From an uncultured bacterium (GTDB lineage: Bacteria > Patescibacteriota > Minisyncoccia > Moranbacterales > GWC2-37-73): DNA of 62,984 nucleotides. The notes beneath the pieces were generated by a model. It searched no databases. It was not told where the DNA came from and saw only the letters and a list, made by a program, of their open reading frames with translations. The stretch spans positions 1 to 62,984 of the forward strand of contig CAIOVI010000052.1 of the NCBI GenBank assembly GCA_903861715.1, read 5' to 3'. The position numbers and the translations under genes are program-made. This document shows positions 27,155-36,343 of the stretch, piece after piece. The stretch's first letter is position 1; each line of letters begins with the position of its first letter.

Positions 27155-28648
27155 ATGCTCCATATTCCCAAAACCTACTACGTCAAGACTTTCGGTTGCC
27201 AAATGAATGTTAGCGACAGCGAAAGAATTGCCACCTTTTTGGAAGCGCAAGGTTTTTTAGAGTGCGGAGAAATTAAGGATGCTAACTTGGTCATTTTCAA
27301 TACCTGTGGCATCAAACAAACTGCCGAGAATCGAGCCTATAGCCTGATTAATAATTTACGAAAAAAAGAGTTAACAGCCTCTGGTTCACAGTCAACAGCA
27401 ATAGTTTTAACTGGATGCTTGGCCAATCGTTCAGATGTGCAAAAAAGAATGAAGACAAAAGTTGATTTATTTTGCGAAATCAAAAACTTCCCCGAAGCTG
27501 TAGCAAGTATTTTGTATAATGTATCAGGTATAAATTCAAAGATACATACTACCCCATACAAAATACCTTATACAAAAAATCTATACAATAAAGAAGATTT
27601 AGATTATTTGAGTATCCAACCTAAACACCAAAACTCTTTCGAAGCTTACGTTCCCATCATGACTGGTTGCAATAATTTTTGCGCCTATTGCGTGGTGCCA
27701 AACGCCCGTGGCCGTGAAGTTTCACGCCCAGCTGATGAGATTATTACTGAAGTGAAAGACCTTGTTGCCAGAGGCTACAAAAACATCATTTTGCTTGGTC
27801 AAAATGTAAATTCCTATCAAAGTCCAATTTTAATAGCTTCTTCTCCTTCTCAAGGAGAAGATGTCCGGTACTCCGGACAGATGAGGTTGAGCGCTGGAAC
27901 AGACGAGGGTGCAGGGTGCGACTTTCCAACCCTTCTCAAAAAAATAAATTCCATTCCTGGCAAATTTTGGATTCAATTTGTCTCCTCTCACCCAAAAGAT
28001 ATGAGCGATGAGCTGATTGAAGCAATGACCAAATGCCAGAAAGTTTGTGAAAATATCCATTTGCCTGTTCAAGCTGGCGACGACGAAATCCTCAGACGCA
28101 TGAACCGTCGCTACGCCCAGAAACACTATCTGACTCTCATCAAAAAAATAAACCTTGCTTTCAAGAAAAACAAACCTGAAAAACTTTTTTCAATTTCATC
28201 AGACATCATCGTTGGTTTTCCCGGCGAAACTCGCAAACAATTCTTGCAATCCGCATCCTTGATGGAAAAATCAAAATTTGACATGGTTTTCTTTGGACAA
28301 TTCTCACCCCGACCAGGAACCGCCGCTTGGAAGATGAAAGACAATGTTTCTCAAAAAGAAAAAGCCCGTCGCGAAAAATATCTCAATGAAATTCTCAAGA
28401 AAACCGCATTTGAAAACAATCAAAAATATCTTGGCAAAATCGTAGAAGTATTGATTGAAAAGAAAGCTCCGAAGGCTAAACCTTCGGACGAAGGTTTAGC
28501 CTTCGGAAACCTAGCTTATTTCGGCAAAACCAGAACTCTAAAAAATGTGAAAGTTACAACAAGCAAAAAAGATTTGCTCGGAAAAGTTGTGAAAGTTGCA
28601 ATAACAAAAGCCAATGTTTGGAATTTAGAAGGTAGTTTAGTGAATTAA
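27155..28648 (+). CDS. miaB: tRNA-i6A37 methylthiotransferase (MiaB-type radical SAM) with inserts
   Basis: YYVKTFGCQMNVSDSE (UPF0004 domain), radical-SAM CNNFCAYC, and a C-terminal TRAM domain. Confidence 0.9.
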   Translation: MLHIPKTYYVKTFGCQMNVSDSERIATFLEAQGFLECGEIKDANLVIFNTCGIKQTAENRAYSLINNLRKKELTASGSQSTAIVLTGCLANRSDVQKRMKTKVDLFCEIKNFPEAVASILYNVSGINSKIHTTPYKIPYTKNLYNKEDLDYLSIQPKHQNSFEAYVPIMTGCNNFCAYCVVPNARGREVSRPADEIITEVKDLVARGYKNIILLGQNVNSYQSPILIASSPSQGEDVRYSGQMRLSAGTDEGAGCDFPTLLKKINSIPGKFWIQFVSSHPKDMSDELIEAMTKCQKVCENIHLPVQAGDDEILRRMNRRYAQKHYLTLIKKINLAFKKNKPEKLFSISSDIIVGFPGETRKQFLQSASLMEKSKFDMVFFGQFSPRPGTAAWKMKDNVSQKEKARREKYLNEILKKTAFENNQKYLGKIVEVLIEKKAPKAKPSDEGLAFGNLAYFGKTRTLKNVKVTTSKKDLLGKVVKVAITKANVWNLEGSLVN

Positions 28649-28670
28649 ATTTTACTTAATCAATTATACT

Positions 28671-28751
28671 CCCACGAAAATACTAATCCCGTACGAATAT
28701 ACTAATAAAATTCAGATTCGTATATTAGTAAAGGATTAGTATTTTAGTGGG
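28671..28751. repeat. Long intergenic hairpin made of word repeats
   Basis: cccacgaaaatactaatcccgtacgaatatactaat...attcgtatattagtaaaggattagtattttagtgggg. Confidence 0.75.
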
Positions 28752-28818
28752 GTCTTTCAGTATTTAATTCGCAATCCAGGAAAAAATCCAATAGATATGA
28801 TTCAACGCCAAAATTAAT

Positions 28819-29757
28819 ATGCCCACCAAAAAGCCAAAAATAATAGTCGTCATGGGCCCCACAGCCTCTGGAAAATCCGGAGTGGCGATTCAGCTTGCCA
28901 AAAAATTCGGCGGCGAAATCATCTCCGCCGACAGCAGACAAATTTACAGAGACATGAATATTGGCACAGGGAAAGTTCGTGGAGCGTGGAGCGTGGAGCG
29001 TGGAGCCTTTATTTCAGAAGACATCCCCCATCATTTGATTGATGTGGCCAAACCGCAAGAAGATTTCAACGTTTCGCATTTCAAAAAATTGGCACAGGAA
29101 AAAATCAAAGAAATTTTGCAGCGCCAAAAAGTTCCCATCATTTGTGGTGGCACCGCTTTTTGGATTGACACCTTGACCAAAAACTCAAACATTCCAGAAG
29201 TTGCCCCAGATGAAAAATTGCGAGCCAGACTTGCCAAGAAAAGTGTCGCGCAATTATTTTCTCAACTCAAAAAACTCGACTCACGGCGAGCCAAAGATAT
29301 TGATAAACAAAACAAAGTCCGCCTGATCCGCGCCATTGAAATCTGCAAAGTGTTGGGGAAAGTACCTGTTCGCGAAACACAAAACTTGGAGCGTGGAGCG
29401 TGGAATACGAAATACGAATTTTTACAAATTGGAATTGAGGTTCCGAGGGAAATTTTGAATGAAAAAATCCAAAAACGCCTTGATGAGCGTTTCAAAGAAG
29501 GAATGACACAGGAAGTCTCAAAGCTGCATAAAAAGGGAGTTTCCTGGAAGTGGATGGAGCGGATTGGTCTGGAATATCGCTGGATTTCACTTTTCTTACG
29601 TCAAAAAATTTCCGAAACCGAAATGCACGAAAAACTCTACTACGCCATCATTCACTATGCCAAACGCCAAATGACCTGGCTACAAAGAAATCCAAACATC
29701 ATTTGGTGCAGTGATTACAAAGCAATAAAAAAAGAAGTTGAGAAGTTTCTTAAATAG
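28819..29757 (+). CDS. miaA: tRNA dimethylallyltransferase
   Basis: VMGPTASGKSGVAIQLAKKFGGEIISADSRQIYRDMNIGTGK. Confidence 0.9.
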   Translation: MPTKKPKIIVVMGPTASGKSGVAIQLAKKFGGEIISADSRQIYRDMNIGTGKVRGAWSVERGAFISEDIPHHLIDVAKPQEDFNVSHFKKLAQEKIKEILQRQKVPIICGGTAFWIDTLTKNSNIPEVAPDEKLRARLAKKSVAQLFSQLKKLDSRRAKDIDKQNKVRLIRAIEICKVLGKVPVRETQNLERGAWNTKYEFLQIGIEVPREILNEKIQKRLDERFKEGMTQEVSKLHKKGVSWKWMERIGLEYRWISLFLRQKISETEMHEKLYYAIIHYAKRQMTWLQRNPNIIWCSDYKAIKKEVEKFLK

Positions 29758-29781
29758 ATACTCCCACAAATTTATAAAAAA

Positions 29782-29886
29782 CTCCTCCCTTTGGAAAAGG
29801 GAGGTTAGGAGGGATTCGAAAACTTTCCTCAAAATTATAATTTTTCAAATCCACCTCAGTCCTCCTTTTCCAAAGGAGGAAGAAAA
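29782..29886 (+). repeat. ~105-bp double-hairpin element, copy b
   Basis: ctcctccctttggaaaagggagg...cctccttttccaaaggaggaag. Confidence 0.8.
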
Positions 29887-29920
29887 TGCATAATTCGAAA
29901 AATAAAATACAAAGTTTTTA

Positions 29921-31522
29921 TTAGTTGCTTATTTTCTTCTTCAATATCTCCAACACGACCTGCGGATTCGCTTTGCCGCCAGTCTCCTTCATCACTTGCC
30001 CCATCAAAAACTTGAGGGCATTTTCCTTGCCAGCCTTAAAATCCTCAACTGATTTCTGATTGTCCGCCAAAACTTTTTCCACAGCGTTTTCAAGCTCACC
30101 AGCATCTTCCATTTGACCCAGATTTTTTTCCTCAATAATTTGCGACGGGTCGCCTCCGGTGTGATACATTTCTTTCAGCACCGTTTGCGCCGCACTGGAA
30201 TTGATTTTCCCATCCGCCACAATCCCAATCAGTTCGGCATAATTTTCCTGACTGATTTTCAAATCCCTGACGTCATGTTTGTTTTCAGCCAAGTGTTTTC
30301 GCAGTTCCGAAATAAGATAATTCACGGCTAACTTGGTGACTTTTTCAGCTGAAGCTTCAATCTCATGCGAAGCCATTTTCTCTCGCAGTTCGCTCATGAT
30401 GTCTTCAAAATATTCCGCCAAGTCCTGGGCAGCCGTGAGCACAGTCACATCATCAATTTTAAGTCCATATTCCTTGGCGAATCTTTTTTCCTTGGCAGCA
30501 GGAAGTTCTGGCAATTTCAAGCGCAACTTTTCAACATAGCTTTGAGAAAATTCCATCGGTGGAATGTCCGGCTCTGGAAAATAGCGATAATCATGCGCAG
30601 ATTCTTTTTTGCGTTGCGAAACCGTCACATTTTTCACACTGTCCCAACCCCGCGTCTCTTGCACAACTTTCTCACCATCATCTAAGACTTTCGTCTGCCT
30701 TTCGATTTCATAATTGATAGCTTTTTCCACATAGCGAAAAGAATTGATGTTTTTCACCTCAACCTTGGTGCCTGAAAGTTTTTCTTCATTTTCTTTGTGC
30801 AGCGACAAATTGACCTCGCAGCGCATGTTGCCTTTTTCCATGTCCGCATCTGAGATTCCAAGATAACGACAAATTTGCTGCAACTTCGTGCAAAAAAGCC
30901 TTGCCTGCTCACCATTTTCAAGATCCGGCTCAGTCACCAACTCCATCAATGGCACGCAAGCCCGATTAAAATCAACCAGGGTATAGCTAGCCCCGGTTGG
31001 ATGCACAAGTTTGCCCGTGTCCTCTTCAAGATGAATTCGCGTGATACCGATTTTTTTAATAGTATTATTCGACATTTGCTTCTCCCCCTGGGAGAAGCTG
31101 TCAGGTAATCCTGACTGATGAGGGGCAATAGAACTGTCCAATGTCCCCCTCTCCCCCTGGGAGAGGGCTGGGGTGAGGGCACTTTGCAAAGCAATATTCA
31201 TATACCCCAGTCCACAAAGCGGTTGATCATATTGTGAGATTTGATAACCCTTCGGCAAATCAGGATAAAAATAATTTTTGCGATCAAATTTCGATTTCAA
31301 ATTAAGCTCGCAATTGAGCGCCAAGCCAGCCAGCTGCACAAATTCAATCGCTTGTTGATTTGGCACTGGCAAAGTGCCCGGCTGGCCCGTGCAAACCGGG
31401 CAAATATGAATGTTTGGCGCGCTTTCTTGTCCAAGTCCATTCTTGCAGCCACAAAACATCTTCGACTTGGTCTTCAGTTCCACATGAACCTCCATGCCAA
31501 TGACGGGGATATACTTAGTCAT
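29921..31522 (-). CDS. gatB: Asp/Glu-tRNA amidotransferase subunit B with a ~40-aa insert
   Basis: IPVIGMEVHVELKTKSKMFCGC...ITRIHLEEDTGK...and a GatB/YqeY tail. Confidence 0.95.
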   Translation of the reverse strand: MTKYIPVIGMEVHVELKTKSKMFCGCKNGLGQESAPNIHICPVCTGQPGTLPVPNQQAIEFVQLAGLALNCELNLKSKFDRKNYFYPDLPKGYQISQYDQPLCGLGYMNIALQSALTPALSQGERGTLDSSIAPHQSGLPDSFSQGEKQMSNNTIKKIGITRIHLEEDTGKLVHPTGASYTLVDFNRACVPLMELVTEPDLENGEQARLFCTKLQQICRYLGISDADMEKGNMRCEVNLSLHKENEEKLSGTKVEVKNINSFRYVEKAINYEIERQTKVLDDGEKVVQETRGWDSVKNVTVSQRKKESAHDYRYFPEPDIPPMEFSQSYVEKLRLKLPELPAAKEKRFAKEYGLKIDDVTVLTAAQDLAEYFEDIMSELREKMASHEIEASAEKVTKLAVNYLISELRKHLAENKHDVRDLKISQENYAELIGIVADGKINSSAAQTVLKEMYHTGGDPSQIIEEKNLGQMEDAGELENAVEKVLADNQKSVEDFKAGKENALKFLMGQVMKETGGKANPQVVLEILKKKISN

Positions 31523-31631
31523 AAGATTATTATTTTTTATACTTATTATATCTTGTCTTTAAATAAAGTTTTCTAATTCTATCCCTACGCTCAAATTTCC
31601 AAATCTCAATTTCCAATTTCCAATAAAATCT

Positions 31632-31961
31632 TTACCTATTGTCCCCATTGCCTTGCAATGTCCCACGCTCTAATCTGCTATATAATTTTTCAATATTTGC
31701 TTGAGCTACATCATCCAAAGATATTTCCAATTCAGTTGAAAGTTGAGTCAAATACCAAAGCACATCGCCAAGTTCTTTTTTTATTTCTTCTCTTGTTTCA
31801 TCATCTAAGATTCCATTTTTATCACGAAATATTTTTTTTATTTTTCCTAAAACTTCACCCGCCTCATCACCAAGCCCTAGCGCTGGATAAACATAATTTT
31901 CTCCTATTTTTGGATAAATAGCAGTTTTCCTTGATTTTTCTTGGTATTCTTTAAAGTCCAT
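31632..31961 (-). CDS. MazG-like nucleotide pyrophosphohydrolase
   Basis: GLGDEAGEVLGKIKK...ELGDVLWYLTQL is the EXXE/all-alpha NTP-PPase pattern. The start is taken at the ATG at 31961. Confidence 0.75.
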   Translation of the reverse strand: MDFKEYQEKSRKTAIYPKIGENYVYPALGLGDEAGEVLGKIKKIFRDKNGILDDETREEIKKELGDVLWYLTQLSTELEISLDDVAQANIEKLYSRLERGTLQGNGDNR

Positions 31962-31980
31962 ATTTTTATAGATAAATATT

Positions 31981-32799
31981 TTAATTTTCCTCCACAAAAG
32001 TCAGCCAGATGTTTTTGATTTGGGCCAATTTCACTGGTGAAACATCCAGAAACTTTTTCTTTTCCTCAAAGTCAGCTTTCCCATAAATCAACTCGAAACC
32101 TCGATTGACGTGCTCGTGCGTGAGATAATTTTCCAATCCATACGTTATCAACTTGGCATTTTTCTGCAAATAAACTTTTGCGCTCCGATATTTTTTTCCA
32201 TGCTCAACTAGTGGAACGAGTTGATTGAAAAGCACATTGGAGGCCAACACATCCCATTGTGAGATTGATTTTTGCTGAATCATTCTGAGGGCGGTGTTGA
32301 CATGGCCTCGACTTTTGAGTGAATCAAAAAAATCAACCAAATCAAAACCTGGGCTCAAATTCTTTTTATCCAAAGAGACGGTCAAAACTTTTTCCAGCAT
32401 GTCCTTTGCATAATCGCTTTGAAGTTGATGCTGGATATTTTTCCTGACATATTCAGCTTTTCGCTTCCTTTCCTGCGCAGTTTTCAGATTATACAAAACA
32501 TCGCCATTTTCCATTTCTCCTAATTTATAAAAGCGCGCTGCCCACATCAACAAAAGTGTCTGATCTTCATCCAGCCCCTCAACCATCGCCTCCCGATAAG
32601 CCAAATACTCCAATAGCGAGCAGTGGGAATGAATGTTTTCATCTTCAAAAGCGCCGTCATTTTCACTCAAGTATGCTCCCCAACGTTTCTTTTTTGACCC
32701 TTCTCTGCTCAGCAAATCAAGCAAAAAAGTGACGTCACTTGCGATTTCGCCACTAGCCAGAGTCTTTTTGTGCAAATACAAAAGTGAACCTGAAATCAT
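31981..32799 (-). CDS. Hypothetical protein (272 aa) inside the thymidylate operon
   Basis: An ORF with no recognisable motif. Confidence 0.5.
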   Translation of the reverse strand: MISGSLLYLHKKTLASGEIASDVTFLLDLLSREGSKKKRWGAYLSENDGAFEDENIHSHCSLLEYLAYREAMVEGLDEDQTLLLMWAARFYKLGEMENGDVLYNLKTAQERKRKAEYVRKNIQHQLQSDYAKDMLEKVLTVSLDKKNLSPGFDLVDFFDSLKSRGHVNTALRMIQQKSISQWDVLASNVLFNQLVPLVEHGKKYRSAKVYLQKNAKLITYGLENYLTHEHVNRGFELIYGKADFEEKKKFLDVSPVKLAQIKNIWLTFVEEN

Positions 32800-32817
32800 A
32801 ACTTTTGATTACTACCC

Positions 32818-33495
32818 TTATTTGATTATCTTTTTCGTTTCTTCCCAAATCAATTCACCAATAACCTTTTTATCCATGATAATTTTGTTTTTCGTGCAAG
32901 CAATTAATTTGAAATTTTTCATTGTTTTGGCGATCTCCAAATAAACTTTTTCAGCAGCCTTCAAATGTTTCAAATCTTTTTCATGCAAGTCACGCTTCTT
33001 TTTGGTGTAATCACGCTTACCCTTGCCATCAACCATTTTTTGGGCAACTGCCGCCTCCACGTGTAAAATAATATTAAGGTCAGGCTGTGGGATTCCAAAA
33101 GTTCCATATTCCAATTCAGCAAGCCAAGTAAAATACTTTTTTCTTTCTTTTGCATTCTGGATTTTTCCTCCTTGATGACCCATATTCGCGGTCACATAAC
33201 GATTTGAAATGACAATTTTTCCTTCAGCTAAATATTTTCTAATTTTAAAACTGGCATCATAACGATCGCAAGCATAAAAAATAGAAGCTCGATATGGTCC
33301 GACCGATTTTGCATCACCGTATTTCCCATTGAGATATTCCTCCACCAAGCCAGCCGACTTTTGTCCATATTGTGGAAAGTCGAAAATTTTCACCGGGTAG
33401 CCTTCCTTTTTCAAACGTTTAACAAGCAAAGCCGTTTGCGTTGCTTTCCCACTTCCATCAGTTCCATCAATAACAATAAATTTCCCTTTTGCCAT
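32818..33495 (-). CDS. tmk: Thymidylate kinase
   Basis: KFIVIDGTDGSGKATQ P-loop and a DRY-like CDRYDAS block. Confidence 0.9.
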   Translation of the reverse strand: MAKGKFIVIDGTDGSGKATQTALLVKRLKKEGYPVKIFDFPQYGQKSAGLVEEYLNGKYGDAKSVGPYRASIFYACDRYDASFKIRKYLAEGKIVISNRYVTANMGHQGGKIQNAKERKKYFTWLAELEYGTFGIPQPDLNIILHVEAAVAQKMVDGKGKRDYTKKKRDLHEKDLKHLKAAEKVYLEIAKTMKNFKLIACTKNKIIMDKKVIGELIWEETKKIIK

Positions 33496-33497
33496 AG

Positions 33498-34853
33498 TTA
33501 TTTTTCCGTAATATCCTGCTGCCCTCTTCTGATGTCGAATCTGTTAGGCTCGTCGTCCAGATGCAACACCAGGCCATCTTTTTCAAAAAGTTCTTTCAGA
33601 CTCTCAATCATTTTCAGCATTTGCTCCACCAGGGTTGCATGCACAAATCTCGTCGAGCGAAGTTCCACCAAGTATACAATAGCTTTCAAATCGCCAGCCA
33701 AGCGACAAGCGACTCTATAGCCCATGGCATTGTAATATTGTTCCAATTCCTTGCTGATTCCAAGCTTGATGATTTTTTCTTCCTGCAACTTTATAAATTC
33801 TTCAGTTTTCTCTCGCAAATCAATTGGTAAGGATTCTAAATACCAGGGATTAAAACCATGCGTGCGAGTCAATAGTGGCATTCTCTGCACGATTGCTCGG
33901 TGCCTTTGTAAGTCGCGATACGATCCGAAATCTAGCAAGAATTCATAGGCCACCATCCCGCATTCCGCTATTGCCATCGGTAATTCAGTTTTTTCTGGGC
34001 GAGTTTTCAAAATATCCCCGTATTTTCCAAGCATTTTTCGATTCACGTTGTCATATAACAAAGTAAAATCCTGCAAATTATCATTTTGATAATAATAATT
34101 TCCCTGCATCCAACTTTTGTTATATTCTTCTGTCTGCGGATAGCGCTTGTGCCCAAAAGAATTCGGATACATTTCTTTCAGCGCCTCTTCAGTTTTTTCA
34201 GCGATATCTCTGATTTCCTCGAGCGGATGGTGCCGAAGCAACATCAATTCATCGGCAAATTGGCGAAAATTCATTCGCCAAGACAAATTTGTGGTTGCAC
34301 CTGCTGGCAAAAATGACCGCGTGATATCAAAAGCTCTAGCGATAATAGCCTTATCGTAAACTCCCTGGTTTTCATTTTCACCCTTTGGAAACTGATATTT
34401 CAAATGCTTGATCAATGGCTCCTGCGCTTCCAAATAAAATTTCCGCCAACCTTCCATAATTTCTTCTCCTTCTTTGGCGCCAGCAGGGTTTAAGAATTTC
34501 TGCTGCGAAAAATCAACGTATCTCGTGGAAGCTTCTTGCCCGGAATACAATCGCCAATCCTGCACGGCCTTGGCTGCCAACATGGAAACTCCCTCAATGA
34601 AAACAGTCACACTTCCGCAATCACCAATGGATTTATGCCCATAACCGACATAAAACTTTTCCATGAAATTTTCGGCGCCTTTTTCCTCCAAAATCCTCAA
34701 GTGACTTTCAATTCCTCCAGTTGAACGTGAATGCAAGGCTTGAAGCATGGCCTCAGCTTGTCCATCAATCTTGGCTTCCACATTAAGCGCCAACACAAAA
34801 CCCCCAGTATTTAATGGTCTCACCGCATGTTTTGCAAAAATATCTTTTTCCAT
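33498..34853 (-). CDS. thyX: ThyX-like FAD-dependent thymidylate synthase, long (two-lobe) form
   Basis: GYGHKSIGDCGSVTVFIEGVS...SGQEASTRY in the N-terminal half, and DLQRHRAIVQR (an RHR motif) in the C-terminal half. The family assignment is from motifs only. Confidence 0.55.
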   Translation of the reverse strand: MEKDIFAKHAVRPLNTGGFVLALNVEAKIDGQAEAMLQALHSRSTGGIESHLRILEEKGAENFMEKFYVGYGHKSIGDCGSVTVFIEGVSMLAAKAVQDWRLYSGQEASTRYVDFSQQKFLNPAGAKEGEEIMEGWRKFYLEAQEPLIKHLKYQFPKGENENQGVYDKAIIARAFDITRSFLPAGATTNLSWRMNFRQFADELMLLRHHPLEEIRDIAEKTEEALKEMYPNSFGHKRYPQTEEYNKSWMQGNYYYQNDNLQDFTLLYDNVNRKMLGKYGDILKTRPEKTELPMAIAECGMVAYEFLLDFGSYRDLQRHRAIVQRMPLLTRTHGFNPWYLESLPIDLREKTEEFIKLQEEKIIKLGISKELEQYYNAMGYRVACRLAGDLKAIVYLVELRSTRFVHATLVEQMLKMIESLKELFEKDGLVLHLDDEPNRFDIRRGQQDITEK

Positions 34854-35012
34854 TTACCCTATTAAATAAGATTAGAATTTCTTTAATATAAAGCTAGACA
34901 ATCTTATTTTAATAAATTTTATTTATTGTTACACCCAATTAATATAACCTCTAATCTTAATTTTAAATTTTATTAAAAATTTAAAATTATTTAACAGGGT
35001 GAATTTGTAAAG

Positions 35013-35567
35013 TTATTGAATATTTTCTTTTATTATCTCATCAATTTGCTTATATAAATCCGTATAGACTCCATCGTTATTCACCACGTAGTTGGCATAG
35101 TTTTTCAAATCACGAATCTGTAATTCCGCATCAGCTTCATGTTCAGCCTTGAACTCTTCAAACGTTTTATTTAAATCATCCGTTTTCTCGCCTCTTTTCA
35201 CAATGCGATCATAGCGAATTTGCATATCAGCTTCGACATAGACAAGTTTAAAATGAGGAATTTCTCCCAGATAGGCGATGTCTGCCATTCGACGGACTCC
35301 ATCAACTACCACAATATCATGCTCATCATTTTTCACATCATGATAAATACTTTTAGCTAAAACATCTTCGCCAAAATTCTTGCGCAAAATCAAAGAAAGC
35401 ACTTGAAAATTTTCTCTTGATTGATCCAGATAAACTCGATCCAAAATATCCCGCAAGATTGTTGAGAACCGATGAGCGCTTCCACCACGTTCAGCAATGA
35501 TATGTTGTGCGATGGTTCCTTTACCAGAACTCATCTCTCCTGCAATACCCAAAATTAGTTTCGCCAT
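35013..35567 (-). CDS. P-loop nucleoside/nucleotide kinase-like protein
   Basis: MAKLILGIAGEMSSGKGT Walker A. The start is taken at the ATG at 35567. Specificity is unknown. Confidence 0.5.
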   Translation of the reverse strand: MAKLILGIAGEMSSGKGTIAQHIIAERGGSAHRFSTILRDILDRVYLDQSRENFQVLSLILRKNFGEDVLAKSIYHDVKNDEHDIVVVDGVRRMADIAYLGEIPHFKLVYVEADMQIRYDRIVKRGEKTDDLNKTFEEFKAEHEADAELQIRDLKNYANYVVNNDGVYTDLYKQIDEIIKENIQ

Positions 35568-35676
35568 ATTTATTGATAACCGATTTTCACTGATTATTAA
35601 CGGATTTTCACTAATCACAGATTATTCGTGATCCGCGCTGATCAGTTTTTCATCAGTGTTCATGGGTCTTAGTAAA

Positions 35677-36213
35677 TTACATATCTGCATACTTCTGCAC
35701 CTGTTCCTGCACGAGCTCATATTCGACTCCGGCTTCTTTGAAAATTTCCTTGCTGCGATCGCCGGCGTGATAATCCAGTTGGCAAACAACTTTATTGATT
35801 CCAGCGTTGATGATCATTTTGGCACAAGCATAACACGGTGTCATATGACAATAAAGCGTTGAACCTTCCAAGGCCACCCCGAAACGAGCGGCTGCCACAA
35901 TGGCATTTTGCTCAGCGTGCGCCGTGCGGATGCAATGACGACTCTCGTGTCCATCCTCGTGTTTGACGGTGTGCATCTCATGACCAACTTCGTCGCAATG
36001 AGCAGTTCCAACCGGCGAACCCACATAACCAGTTGAGAGAATCCTTTTTTCTTTAGCAATCACACAACCAGATCTGCCACGGTCGCAAGAGCCCCGTTCT
36101 CCAATAACTTTGATGATATCCAAAAAATATTGATCCCAAGATGGCCGCACGTATTTTTCTTCGGTCATAAAAATATGCTTAAAAATTACCCGTTCTTCTT
36201 CTATTGTATACAT
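35677..36213 (-). CDS. dCMP deaminase (zinc-dependent CDA fold)
   Basis: HAEQNAI and PCYACAKMI zinc motifs. An alternative start lies at 36168 (MTEEKYVRPSWDQYF). Confidence 0.85.
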   Translation of the reverse strand: MYTIEEERVIFKHIFMTEEKYVRPSWDQYFLDIIKVIGERGSCDRGRSGCVIAKEKRILSTGYVGSPVGTAHCDEVGHEMHTVKHEDGHESRHCIRTAHAEQNAIVAAARFGVALEGSTLYCHMTPCYACAKMIINAGINKVVCQLDYHAGDRSKEIFKEAGVEYELVQEQVQKYADM

Positions 36214-36248
36214 TTAATCAGCTCTCGTAAAGAGCATACTACACCACA

Positions 36249-36274
36249 AAAAAGGCACCCACAGGTGCCTTTTG
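36249..36274. terminator. Bidirectional hairpin terminator
   Basis: aaaaggcacc-caca-ggtgcctttt. Confidence 0.7.
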
Positions 36275-36343
36275 AGATATTTTCGTAGATTCGTATTAAT
36301 TCGCCTGCCTGCCGTCGAGGCAGGTAGTTTCGTATCGGTAAGG

